From assembly GCF_009914755.1 (NCBI RefSeq), contig NC_060933.1: DNA of 64,000 nt; one strand, 5' to 3'. The stretch is from the human T2T-CHM13v2.0 reference genome, Homo sapiens. The notes under the pieces were generated by a model, which saw only the letters and a program-made list of their open reading frames with translations, did no database searches and had not been told where the DNA came from. Both the position numbers and the translations under genes were made by a program. This document shows, piece by piece, positions 26,978-43,114 of the stretch (positions within the stretch are counted from its first letter, which is position 1; the number at the start of each line of letters is the position of its first letter).

Positions 26978-28526
26978 GTAACCTTTATATTATAGCTGAG
27001 AAAACCAAGGCTTACAAGGCTACAGTCATCTGCTCAACACCCAATAACCAAGGTGGAAGAGCCAAGACTCAAACCTCATGTCAGCCTGACTCCAAAGGCC
27101 CTACTGTAAACACCAACGCCTTCTTTCCCTGGACTTACTCTAAATGTAATCAATTCCTACTCTTCAAGGCTTGAAAATCGTCTCCCTCTTCTTTTCCCTA
27201 CAAACCTGAGGAAAGCTTTGCCTGAGGAGCTGCTCGAGGAGAGCAGTTAGGAGATGGAGACTCCAGGAAACCCTGCCACTGTCAGTTGACTGAAGGGCAG
27301 TCACCACTGTTTAGGAAATGAGGACAGATAGTTATATGGTACTCATATGAGTAACACAGAGTATACTCCTCTATTTACTCTAAAGAGTACAGTACTCTTT
27401 ACTACCCTCTATTTCATAGTAAAATAGAAAGTGGGGCAAAAACTATCGGAATGAATATGATAGATACTTATTAAATGAATGAAGCACTTTATCTTTTTAA
27501 TCTTCTAATTCCATCTTGAGGAAATGATGATGGGAAAAGTGCCTTGCACACTGAAATTACATATTTTTTAATAAGGAGACTGTCTTCTGAAAAAGCTCAA
27601 GGTGGTGGCAGTTAGCTCTATCCTAATAGTCCCTAAGTTGCAATATTTAGAAGGAATCATCTAAAACATAAAACAATCCATCAACATAATAGAAAGTAAT
27701 TAACTTATTTAAAAAAACGGTGACCGAAGGATTAAAAGTATTCATTACACATCAAGGCAAGCAATATTCCATAGATGTCTAAATATGAAAAAGCAACTAG
27801 CAATAAACAAAGATCATATCATACAGTTTCACTGCATGGCAATTTACGTGTTCCACCATACAGGACTGGGGAAATGGAGGCATATTTAGAGCACAGGGAA
27901 GCGGGCAACACAGAGAAAGTGTTGCCACAGGGAAACTGGCTTAGCTTTATGTTCTCATTCTCTCATGCATTCAACAAACACCAGCTGAAACATGATGCTG
28001 GGCTCCGAAGACAAAGTCCACTGACATACAATGCAGACCAGACCCTCATCAAACTGTTTTGCTGAAGGTCTCACTGTACAATGTCACGAAAGTTTTAAGA
28101 AGGGGAAAGTCCAGTCTGTCAAGAGAGCCCAGAAGCAACCCAGGCTAAAGGGGGCTAGTGAAGGCCTCTTAGATATAAAAATGTACCCTTCCACGCAACA
28201 GAACCTTAACCAAGAAAAAGATGCTTATTGTATTTACCTACTATACCAATACACCAAAAGGTGAGCAGGAGTTCCCTCTGAGACACGGGATTATCAGTGA
28301 TTTTAATTTTCTGGTTTATAGTTTTCTGTATTTTCTATAATAGACATGTATTACTTTTATAATTAGAAACAAAATTGTAAATATTATAAACTAAAAAGGA
28401 GATAAAAAGAATAAGAGTACCATTCAGGGCTTAAAAGTTTTAGGTGAGGGAAAGAGAGGATCGATTTCAAAAATGTAGCCTGTGTTAAGGGATCAAGTAG
28501 GCATCATTAAGAACATACTATGTGCT

Positions 28527-28825
28527 GGCCAGGCGCAGTGGCTCATGCCTGTAATCCCAGCGCTTTGGGAGGCCGAGGCGGGCAGATCACGAGGTCAGGA
28601 GATCGAGACCATCTTGGCTAACACGGTGAAACCCCGTCCTACTAAAAATACAAAAAATTAGCCGGGCGTGGTGGTAGGCACCTGTAGTCCCAGCTACTCA
28701 GGAGGCTGAGGCAGGAGAATGGCGTGAACCCTGGAGGCGGAGCTTGCAGTGAGCCGAGATAGCACCACTGCAGTCCAGCCTGGGCGAAAGAGCGAGACTC
28801 CGTCTCAAAAAAAAAAAAAAAAAAA
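28527..28825 (+). repeat. AluY
   Basis: Perfect 16-bp TSD gaacatactatgtgct 28511-28526/28827-28842. Confidence 0.93.
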
Positions 28826-28918
28826 GGAACATACTATGTGCTGTGACAGGCTGTTGGAAAAAGTAAGTTGAAATATAACTCAAAAAAAAAAAAAGAAAAA
28901 AAAGAAAATATAACTCAG

Positions 28919-29252
<334 letters not shown>

Positions 29253-29282
29253 TTAAGTAATTTTTATCAAAGAAAAAGAAAA

Positions 29283-29583
29283 GGGCAAGGCACAGTGGCT
29301 CAGGCCTGTAATCCTAGCACTTTGGGAGGCTGAGACGGATGGATTGCCTCAGCTCAGGAGTTTGAGACCAGCCTGGGCAACACAGTGAAACCCCGTCTCT
29401 ACTGAAATACAAAAAATTAGCCAGGTGTGGTGGCGTGCGCCTGTAGTCCCAGCTACTTGAGAGGCTCAGGCAGGAGAATTGCTTGAACCCGGGAGGCAGA
29501 GGTTGCAGTGAGTAGAGATCATGCCACTGCACTTCTGCCTGGGACAGAGCGAGACTCTGTCTCAAAAAGAAAAAGAAAAAAAA
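29283..29583 (+). repeat. AluS
   Basis: Dimeric Alu. Confidence 0.88.
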
Positions 29584-29789
29584 GGTAATAAATTCACAAT
29601 CAGCTGACAATTTGAAGTTGAACAACATTCTCCAGAGCAGCTCCTAAATCAGGAAATGCCCCCAAGGCAGGTTTGAGAACAAACAGAAAAGTACTTCCTA
29701 TAGCAAAACTTTCTTGGCACAAATGCAACTCATGAGGACCAACTAGACTCAACTTCATATCCCACAGCCTCTCCCTGACCTGATGGCTT

Positions 29790-30910
29790 TGCAAATGCAG
29801 TCAGAATCTGAAATTTAACATATCCAACACCAATTTTCTTCTTCACTGGCATGTCTGTCATTCTATACTCTATCTCAACTAAGGCTTTCACCATCTACTC
29901 TGTCACGCAAGCTAGGAATCCTAATTCCTCTTTCTGTCTCACACTCTACCATCCAAATGCCTCTGAAATGCCTCCCAAATCTCTCTCCTTCCCATGCTTA
30001 TTGCCAACGCCCCAGTTTAGGCTTCGTCAGCTTTGTCATCTGTCAGCGAGACCACTGCAGCAATCTCCAACTATTTCTTTATTTTTAAAAATCCTTCCCC
30101 TCCAAATCTTTCTTTCCTTATTGCCACCAATGTGATTTTTCTCAAATCACAGACCATGCCAGTCATGTGGAAACACAGGATGGCCTAGTGGTAGCATTCC
30201 AACTCCTTAGGTGGCAGTTAATGCCCTTTGCAATCTGGTCCCTCATATCATTACTGATGTACACTGAACAGTAATTAAGAGCACAGACTCGGGGTCAGCT
30301 AGGCCCAGGTCGGAATCCTGGCTTTACCACTTCCTTAGCTGCTAGACCTTAGACTTTGGGAAAGTAACCTCACCTCTCAGAACTTGTATTTACTCACTTG
30401 GAAAGCAAATAAGATGTATCTAAAATGCCTGCCACAAAGTCACTGATCAAGAAACATAGCTCTTCTTCTGTCCTTCAATTCAAATATCACCTCTTCCAAG
30501 AAGGTAGAAGACGAAATAAATTCCCTCTTCTCTCCTCCCCTAACAATTTGATTTGCACAGACTTACAGTTTCACTTTTTTCTGTAACTACCCTCACCACC
30601 TCCTTCCCCACACTCTCTCATTCAGCTGTGAATTACATAAAGGGAAAAATAGCCTCATCCATTTTGTATTCTCTTAGAGCCTAGAACACAGCAGGGGTTT
30701 CATGCTAGCTGGCTAAATCAAAAGGACTCCTCAGACTCTCTTTCAGAATGGACCCACCGGACCTACCAATTCTCTATCCCAGGTAGAGCAGCTATACCTT
30801 TTCTACTTCCCAGCCCCTGTTCTTCAGGAACACTCTTTCCTCTCTGAAATATCCCCAGCACCTAACAAAGGGCCCGACATAGTTACTTACACATACTGAT
30901 GGAATAAATG
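29790..30910 (+). mobile_element. L2 fragments with nested MIR
   Basis: Degenerate L2 ORF/3' motifs; MIR at ~30270-30430. Confidence 0.5.
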
Positions 30911-31493
30911 ATTAATATTCTTTTAACACATGATTTAAACACTTGCATTATATTATAGCATATGGTGGTACCACCTATTCTCCCATTTTTAGAAATGGAA
31001 GCTGTTTACAATATTCCATTATTATAAATAATCTCATAAACATTTTCCTATATAAATGTGAAAATATTTCTAGAAGTAGATTACTAAGTCAAAGACTATG
31101 AATGTTTTGTAACTTGTGATATATACTGGAAAAGCTCAGTCTTTTAAAAAGTGTCTCTAGGCCAATTATGAAATATCAATACTATGAACCAAAGGTTACC
31201 CAATTAATAATTAGCTCATAAAATGGGTAAACTTAAAAATCTAAAATAACTTCTAATACACAGAATGTGAACAGATATAGAATTGAAATGTATGTATTTG
31301 AACATGCTGATGAATTAAAACATTATCTAGAGCAGCTTTTCTCAGCTGATCCTATTAATTAAAATAATATACATTAGCTGCTTATCATAAAATTAATTTC
31401 AAAATCATATACCTGATAGTTTCCAAAGTAGGAGAAGCAATAAGAATACAGATGGGATTCAGTTCAAAATAATCTTGAATTAAGAAATATCAT

Positions 31494-33358
<1,865 letters not shown>

Positions 33359-34661
33359 AAGAAATATCCATATCAAGTGAGTTAGCTGAATTAAGTCTTA
33401 CAGACTAAAGGCTTGGCTAGCATTGCTATTTAATATCAAGGTTTCCCAGTAATAAATTGAGTATCAGATCTAAACTGCTGCTAAGTGTTCAGTTTCTCTC
33501 CCAAGGAAAAGAAACAGAGAAAGGATAGACAGCTTAGCTTCTGCAATTAAAGAGACAAAAAGCAGGCAACATTATTCCATTAGTAACAACTGCACAAGCA
33601 GATCATTACGTGTAATTTTAATGCAGAAATAAATATATCAGTGTATCCAGACGATGTAATGATGCAAATTGATAAAAGAGTTATTTGCAGCCTTCAAAAG
33701 AGCCATTCTCTGAAAAGAATGGCTACAGTTCTATTCCATCAGTACCTTTATCCCAACTTCCTCAAGAAGGACCAAAGGATGCTATATTCTACCAATGGTC
33801 TTGTCTTTAATAACATAGTAGGCAGACTTGGTACAGGGGTCTCAAATGAGCACTACTCTAATGATAATTAATGGACTTCATTTGATCAGAAGTAATAATC
33901 TCAAACAAAATCTGGCCTAAATTGGTCTAATTCAGGTTTTACGGGCTATGGGAAGTAAAGAGGGTCGACATGAGAAAAAAAAAAAACAAAACCCAAACAC
34001 CAGAATTGTAACATTTTGATCTTAATAAAATTCTGGCTTTATGGACTCACAAAAAGAACTTTTTTTTTACATTCAAAATGGTAATACTGAATTTATAAAT
34101 GGATTTTGTGTAAAATTCTATGACAAATCCATTCAGAGATAGGGGCTTGGCTTTGTAGTGCTATCTTAATCTTCAATAAATCTGGAATGCTTAAAGGCTA
34201 TTAAATTAACATTTCCCTGATCTGGTACCTGTAGTCAAATTAATTTGTCAAAAACATTTCTACAGTTTGTCACTGGACACTGTATTTTCTGACAAGTTAA
34301 GCTTAAAATAAAATTGACAAAATCTCATTAATTTCCTCTGAATCACCAACCTTGGTTCCATTAAGCTTTTATTATTAAGAACGTCAACTGCCACTCTTTC
34401 TTTAACAAGGTCAAGTTCTGATCTGGGTACCTCCAGGATCCTTGCTATAACTAATAGAAACTAGGGAGGCAGTACAGTGTGATTAAGAGCACAAGTCGGG
34501 GCATCAGATAGATCTGAGTTCAATTATAAGCAATGCCACTTACTATGTGTGCCTGGACAATTTATTTAAGCTCTGTGAGTCACTATTTTCTCACATACAA
34601 AATGTGGATAATAAAAGTACCTCCTTAAATAATTGTTGAGACGATTCAATAAGACTGTACG

Positions 34662-34951
34662 GGCCGGCGCAGTAGCTCACACCTGTAATCCCAGTACTTT
34701 GGGAGGCTGAGGCAGCTGGATCACCTGAGGTCAGGAGTTTGAGACCAGCCTGGTCAACATGGCAAAACCCCGTCTCTACTAAAAATACAAAAAATAGCCA
34801 GGCGTGGTGGCAGGCACCTGTACTCCCAGATACTCGAGAGGCTGAGGCAGGAGAATCACTTGAACCCAGGAGGCGGAGGTTACAGTGAGCCAGCACTGCA
34901 CTCTAGCCTGGGTGACAAGAATGAAACTCCGTCTCAAAAAAAAAAAAAAAA
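34662..34951 (+). repeat. AluSx in MIR
   Basis: Dimeric Alu with small right-arm deletion. Confidence 0.9.
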
Positions 34952-35502
34952 GACTTCATGTAAAGCACTTATTACTGTGCCTAGTCCCACAGTAAATGCT
35001 CAAGAAATACTGGTTATTATGATGTTTTTTCCTACTTTTTATCTACTTTTATATCAATAGACTTAAAAAAAAATATTGCTGTTCATAGACTTTTGAAACT
35101 ACAAGAAATCTGAAGGGTCATCCCCTTTGAAATATCAACAAATGATTGTCTTACAACCTCTCTTGAACACCTTCACTGATGATGTCCCTGTCACCATGTG
35201 AAGTAGCCCCTTTTCTTCAGTCTTTGGCAAACAGTTTTGCCAGCTAAAATGTGTTTATGTCCACTGAGGTGCAATCTCTCTGCAAGTTTTACTCATTAGT
35301 CTTAGTGCTAACCCTCATGAAATTTGAACAAATCTACCTCTACCTCCATAGACACCCTTTCATATACCTAGTATCTCAAACAAAAAACTTGGTTACTAAA
35401 CACCATGGAATAAGCCAGGCTATAATCCTTTCAAGAGTACAACACAGCACAGAAAATGGCATTTTGTAACTTTTCCTTCTGTAACATCTATGATAAATGT
35501 AA

Positions 35503-35835
<333 letters not shown>

Positions 35836-37880
35836 GCAAATGTAAATCTTTAGTCCTGGACTCAAAACAAGAAAGGAGGTTGCTGCTCTCAGAAATGGTT
35901 TTCTCTACTTAAAACAAACCCTCTATATTTTGATGCTCTGACATTTTTGGGAAAGAAAATGCCTAGCAACTATTGGTTTAAACAATCTGTTATCAAATGA
36001 AGTTTGATTAATAGCCTCAAATAATTCTTTTATTTCAAGATATCAACTGAAAAACTAGCAATCATTCATGTTCAAATGTAGGTAAGACATTTCATAAAAC
36101 ATGGGGGGAAGTATGAAGGAAAAAAAAAAAAAAGGCCAGTCCACTCCGTATCAGAAACAATCATTTTCTCAAAGACCTAAATTCAGAAAGCAATTCTTGA
36201 TACTGGCAGTTTTCACCAACATAAGTTACATTTGCTAGACTTCTGTTTGCTGAGTCAACTGAACTGATCTGGACTCTGGCCCTGCCAGCCTTGAGCTGTG
36301 CAGCCTTGGGTAAGCCCATAATCTCTCTTAAAGTCAGTTTCCTCTCCCATAAAATAGAGGTAAGACCATCTACTTCAAAAGATTATCAGGAAGTATAAAG
36401 TGACAACAAAGCATGTTAAAATCCTCTGTGAACTGCAAACTATCATACAAATGTCAATTATTCCTTATTATTGTAATTTAAGCTGTTACTCAGACCAGGC
36501 AGATTTTTGGACAAAATGTTCCTTCAAGCAAACATGAAATTGAGAAGTAGGGACAACAGGGAAAGGTCTCTATCTTAATTATTTTGAGAGAAGAACCACA
36601 TTCTCTTCTCATCCAGCCTTGGGACAGTTACAGCATGTATCAGAATGTGCTCTCACACAGGTATAATCTAGCCATCTTCAAGCATGTAAAATGTCCACTT
36701 CGAATTTTCAAAGCCATGATGGGATTCTGTAGATCATTAATGTTACACAGTGCTTTGCATTTAACTATACAAACAATAGCTTCCATAATGATGATATTAT
36801 CAGGGAAAGGTAATCTGCATGAACTAAGCCCCATCACAGAGCATAAGTTTAGGGACCTCTTCATTATTAAATCATTTATATAATAAAATCAATATGCTTT
36901 AAAAGTAAAAATTGGTTTTTTTTAAACCATAAAGAAGAGTTACATGTTTTAAACTCTATCAATTATCATAATATAATGAGTCTTGAAGATTTAATATCAA
37001 CTCTTAAAATTAAAACTCAATGGAGAATGTATATTTGACTCCATTACTAGATGATGTATCTCTAAAAAAGGTACAGCCATTATCACCTTCCTAAATTATA
37101 TGGAAATTTTGGTATAACCCTCCAACTACCCCGAGGACAATTTAATTTCAAAGATAGCGAAGTATTTTGAGAATGTAAAATTGCATAAATATTGAAGGAA
37201 ATAATCCAGGCGCATATGTCATATTCATTTCTTGCAGGGTTTCAGTCAATTAAACATTATAAAAATTTTAACGTCACTATTCACATTAAAATTGTTTCCT
37301 TAATTTTAAATAGTGTAAAAAATCCACAAATTTCTATACAGTGGTAGGTTCGTAACTAAGTGTTTTATCACTTTAAGATTCAATGTTCCTTAATGATATA
37401 ACTCAAAAATTTCACTGTATCATTATTTAGAAAGTCATAAAAATCTCTTAAAATTAATCTTTCATGCACATCCAGCTTATCCAAAGTTAGAATTTAATTA
37501 GATGGCCTTGGCATAAATGCGCTTACTACTTTATTTGCTCAATCAGTGTACGTCTCTTCAGTAATTATAATTAATTCAAGTCCCTGACGCACCTCCTAGC
37601 AAACAATGTAAAAACATCACACAATAGGTTCACATTTCTTCAATTACAACATTCACTTTCATCCTCAAAATGCACACGTGAAATAACTGGGATAGTTGTT
37701 ACTCTATGTAACACATAAAGGCCAACACAAAGAACCTACACCTCTGGTGACAGAGAAGGATGCTCCTCCTCAGCAGAAAATATATTATGGTTGTTTACAT
37801 TGTGATACAACTGCAAAGAGCCAATTGAGAAAGTCTGCATTTAACACAGTTTGCAAATGCATGTTGAAATATAAATAGCA

Positions 37881-38161
37881 GCTCACGCCTGTAATCCCAG
37901 CACTCTGGGAAGCTGGGGTGGGAGGATCACTTGGGCCCAGGAGTCGAGACCAGCCAAGGCAATATAAAGAGACCCCATCTCTACAACAAATTTAAAAATT
38001 AGACAGGTGTGACGGTGTGAGCCTGTGATCTCAGCTATTCGGGAAGCTGATGTGGGAGGATCACTGGAGTCTGGGAGGTTGAGGCTACAATGAGCCGTGA
38101 TCACACCACTGCGCTCCAGCCTGGGCAGCAGAGGGAGACCTTGTCTCAAAAAGAAAAGAAA
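37881..38161 (+). repeat. Slightly 5'-truncated AluJ
   Basis: Flanked by gaaatataaa repeats. Confidence 0.88.
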
Positions 38162-38719
38162 GAAATATAAACATCAGCAAATGAAAGAAGAGATAAATTA
38201 CTAATTATCTAGAACAGCGCTTCCTGTTGGAAAGAATCACTTGTAACTATCAACAAAATTTACAACTGAGAAGCAGCCCAAAAAGTCTGATTATCGGGCC
38301 TTCATCCGCGTCTTCCAGACAGCATCACCAAGAAAGCAGTAAGTGGCAGAAAACTTTTATTTCTAAAACTGAGGGGACAGCAAGATCCACAGGATAATAC
38401 AAACTGTCAGACAAATTATTCAATTAGGTAGTCAGCAAAGCAACACAAAGTAAAAGTAGCCAGCTACAAAGCTGACAGTCTCGATGGGAGACGGGGCCAG
38501 GCACAGAAAGTGCATTCGTCTGTACACAGCCCTTGCACTCCCACCACAAGCTCTCTCTGCAACTGGCAGGTCACTGCTGCTGTCATTTATTGGGCACCTA
38601 TCAGGGTCCAAGCACTTTTCATACATTATCTCATTTAATATGCCCAACAGTCCTGTGAGGATCGCTCATTCCCTCTTAGAGCTGTTCGTTAAGTAGGCTG
38701 TTCCAAAACCCTCAGCTGG

Positions 38720-39099
38720 TGCAGCCTGGGCAACAGGGCAAGACCCTGTCTCAAACAAAACCAAACCAGGTAGAACCCTCTGATTCCGTTTTCTCTCCTT
38801 CTTTTAAAAGATGGGGTCTCACTCTTTTGTCCAGGCTGGAGTACAGAGGTGTAAACATGGCTCACTGCATACTTGACCTCCTAAACTCAGGCAATCCTCA
38901 CATCTCAACCTCCCAAGAAGCTGGGACTACAGGAACACCACCACACTTGCGTCTTTCTTTCTTTCTTTCTTTTTTTTTTATAGAGACAGAGTCTCAATTA
39001 TGTTGCCCAGGCTAGTCTCAAACTCCTGGGCTCAAACGAGCCTCCCACTTTGGCACTCCAACATGTTAGGATTACAGGTGTGAGCCACCGCACCCAGCC
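38720..39099. repeat. Short + Alu 3' fragment (38720-38767) followed by a - strand AluJ (38801-39099)
   Basis: cagcctgggcaacagggcaagaccctgtctc, then a diverged antisense Alu. Confidence 0.8.
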
Positions 39100-42000
39100 T
39101 CTGTCTGATTCAGTTTCAAGAAGCAGTGGTCAAGCACCAACTTCCAGGCCACAGACAATCTGTACTCGGATTATGAGGCTCATCAGTAATCGTGAGGTGT
39201 ATCTGTTACTAAATCTGGCTACCCAGGTGGCAGTACCCAATTGTGCTCTAATAATGACAAAAGAGGAAAATAACAATGTGGTCCTTGGAGAGATGGGCGA
39301 GCAGCACATGACATCAACATGGCATCGAGCTCCAACACAAGCAAAGGGTGTGAGGAGACAAAGGTCCATCTCAGGTTGCAATTATCTGCAGAAATGGGCA
39401 GCACAAGACCTGTTCACTTGCAGAAACTGACAAGTCACTCATGTATCAAAGTCTCCGGGGTTTCTGCTCAGCCCCCTGGCAGTATTTTCCTTGTGTTCAT
39501 CTTGAGTCTTAGTCAGTCCAACCTCCTCTGAGGTCCTAACTAAACCAGACACAGGGAGAGTCAAGATTTTATCTTATTAAAATAGATATGGCTAATTTGT
39601 CTTTTCAAATTCATTTTAAATTAAATTGGATTTCCTCGGAAGGCTGCTAGGTCAGTTCCCCTGCTGCGAACACAGGACAAAGGTTAATTGCAAGCCCTTC
39701 ACCAGCTCTTCTGCTCTCTTGGGCAGACTCTGATAACCTGCCCCGAGAGGTGGGCAAGGCTTTGGTTTATTGGGCAATAATGTTGCCATTACAGCCATTT
39801 ACCATTATGCCAAGAAACATTTTATTTTTTTTAACTAAATAACAAGGTATGATTACAACAACAAGAAAGAAATATAATGCTGTTACCAACTGATGGTTAA
39901 TTCTAAAATGCAACACTCAAAGAATAAGACTTAACCTATTTGCTTCCCTAAAAGGCTCTGATAGATGCAAAAGTACACACTCTCCTGGACCAAACTGCCT
40001 TCTGGTTCCAATGTAAAATTCCATTAACATTTTCACTTAATTTATCTCATTTAGACTGTCTACATTCATGAAAATTTAACCCAGTAATTCCCTGTTATAC
40101 AAAGCATAACAAAGTATGAATATTTAAATACAATGTAAATAAAACACTTTATCAATTATATTTTTGTATTCTAAATTAGTGACTTCACTTAGCATGTCTG
40201 CCTTGCACAGCACCACACTATTTTTCAATTAAAGGTCCAGATGTTTCAAAGGCTCCAGTAGGCAACGGCAGTTATGAGAAATGCTTTATCTGCATTGTAA
40301 TCATCACCACCACATCAGCTCCAGGCTGCATTAACATACTCATGTTTTATTCCAGCTCCCCTTCTACCAGAGCAGGTAATTATACAACACAGCAGAGAAA
40401 CACAATCCTAAGAGCTGCACAATTTCCTTACAAGCATTCACCTGAGCAACACATTTTCATACATGATTTCAAATTCTTCTAGAAAACATTTCATTACATA
40501 GTTAAACTTGCTTTAGCAGGAACACTGATAATTTCAATAATATGTTGTTAATAAAGAATGAATAACAGCACAGATGTACCAAATTTATCTCCCAATAGTA
40601 TTGAAAGTGCAAGAGGGACTGTACGTACTCGTGCTTGTGTGTACTGAAAATCAACAAGAAGTCTGTGTGTGTAAAAAAACACTACCAGTTGTTACAATCT
40701 AAGCCATCTCTTCTCAATTTTAATGCCAATGTCATCTCTTGAACAAGTCAATTAGACATTTATTCTTACTATAAAGAAATGACAACTCACCTGAGCTGAG
40801 GCTGAGCAAGTACACCAATTATCCCCGTTCCTATTCGATAGTAAAATAACACCACAGCAAAACAAAATGCAATGCTGACAGTGGGAACAAAAATACTATT
40901 GCATTTATTATTTAGTTAATTAAATGACTCCTTTATTTACAAACAGAAAATAACCTATGGTATAAAAGATACTGCTATGCATAGTAAACATAGTATAATT
41001 TAACGAGAAAATATAGTTCCTCATCATTAAGAGAAACTGTAGCAAAATTCACTTTAATTATAACTTTTCATTATGCTACAAACATTTTTTATTTTGAAAT
41101 ATTCCAAGAAGAGAAGTCCTAATAAAGATGCTATTCAAAAGATAAATGCCTTTATAAATATTAAAACTTCAGACAGGTCAAATCCTGGCAGGTTACACTT
41201 CAGTATCTGAAAGCAGACAGCTTCCATTCCTTCCTGAAGGAACCTTAGGTGGAACATTTTTAATACATCACTGTGTCACTTTTTAATGTGCCCCAATCTA
41301 TTAACCACATGGCAAACTAACAGGGATTTTTAAAATATGGGTTTTATGGCTTTGTGCTGGTGATTAATTAAATAAATAGCCACCGTTTCACAAATCATCC
41401 CTCTAGTCTAAAACAGACACTTTGCATTCACTGGTATTACTGCCATCTGAAGCTCACAGAAGGGCAGGAGTGGTACCGCACGGCCGCATCTCTGCACTTC
41501 GGAACCCATTGTCACAGGCTCCACGGCTGGCATCCCACCCTGCCACCCAGAGGCAGAGGTGTCAACTTTGCAGGTGCTGCAGTCAGCTGGAATTTGGCTC
41601 CAGCTGCTCAGAAAAGATGTTCTCCTTAATTATTCTCCCTCACCCTAAAGGAAACAATGGAACAACAAAGGAATAAAGTGCAACCTCCAGCTGCAATAAG
41701 AGGTTTCACCAACACAGTTCATGGAGTGAATAAGAAAGTTGGTTGATTTAGGAATAAGTAGGGAGCTACATTAAACAGGCTTTCCTGAGAACTCAAAACA
41801 TGTTTTGTCATCTTGAATTCAGGTATTAAGCAATTATTTTCAAATCCTATTATTTAAAATACTCCATTCAAAGACTGAGGAGATCACTCTCTTTGAAATT
41901 GATAGGAATTCAATCTGTTTTAGCAGCTAGCATATTTTATAAGACGATAATTCCTCTGAAAGCAAATTAAACTTAGAAATAATTTTTAGTGCCAGAAAAA

Positions 42001-43034
42001 AAAATCAAATGGGAATATTTCAAGAACCCAATTTCCTTCAGGAAATACATTAAGTGGTCTCCTAATCTTTTAAACTTCATTATGTTTAGAGGAAGGCAGG
42101 GAGGGAAGAAGGGCATAGGGAGGCGGGGGGAAGAAAGAAGGAAAAGAAAAGGGTTAAAGAAAAAGGAAAAGAGTATATGGGAAAAATTCAGCAGGGATAA
42201 CATACCAAAATATGCTCTAAATTATTCTGCAGAAAGGGCTGTCCTCATATCCCTTCTTTAAGATTTCTATGAATGGGAAGAAGAAATGGGGTATAGTAGA
42301 AAAGACCTAGACCCTTAAGCAAGATTGACTCTGACAGGTATTGTGCCTTTCTCTAAGTCATGTGATCCCATTTACCCTCAGTTTCCTCCCCTATAAAGGA
42401 TTTTAGCCCCTATCTTCAATATTATAGGGAAACTGAGATACTGTCCTCGCACATTCCCTGAATAGAGCAGATGCTCAAATATTATGGCCATGAGAAACTG
42501 CACCAGACAATGAAAACTGGGTTGAAGGCAGAGTCTAGGTTCTTTGTTTTCATTCTCTACATGCCTTTCTGAAAGAGCCAAGGTGATTGTAGCCAACACT
42601 GCAGATGCTGTGCTCTTGATGCGAAAAGGAGAGACAAAAGCACAAAAGGTTCATCAACACAGGACAGCCACATTATGTTCACCCTACTGAAGAAAACCCG
42701 AATCTTCTACAATCGAGAAGAAACAGTGTAGTTTCTCTGACTTTCATGGAGCTAGGGGCATGGAGCTAGGGGAGGGTATGTCTGAGACGGCTCATGGGTA
42801 GAAAGTGGAAAGCAAATAAATGCGCTTTGGATTGAAGAGACCTAGGTCTGAATTCCAGCTTCACTACTTACTAGTTGTGTAACCTCAGGCAAGTCTGTTC
42901 ATCTTTCTAAGCCTCAGTTTCCCCATGCCAAAACTGGAATAATATTACATACTTTAAAGGGAAGCTTGAAAGAATGAATGAAATGGCATAGTAGATACTC
43001 TGGCATACAGCAAACACTCCAATAGTTTCTATTA

Positions 43035-43114
43035 CATTAAACTGAATCATATGAAACTGCTGATAATCACTTATGACCTACAAAAATTGCAATTTCATAG
43101 GGTTTCAACAAATA
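43035..43114. mobile_element. MADE2-like mariner MITE (~80 bp)
   Basis: Imperfect TIRs tgaatcatatgaaactgc...gcaatttcatagggtttca. Confidence 0.65.
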
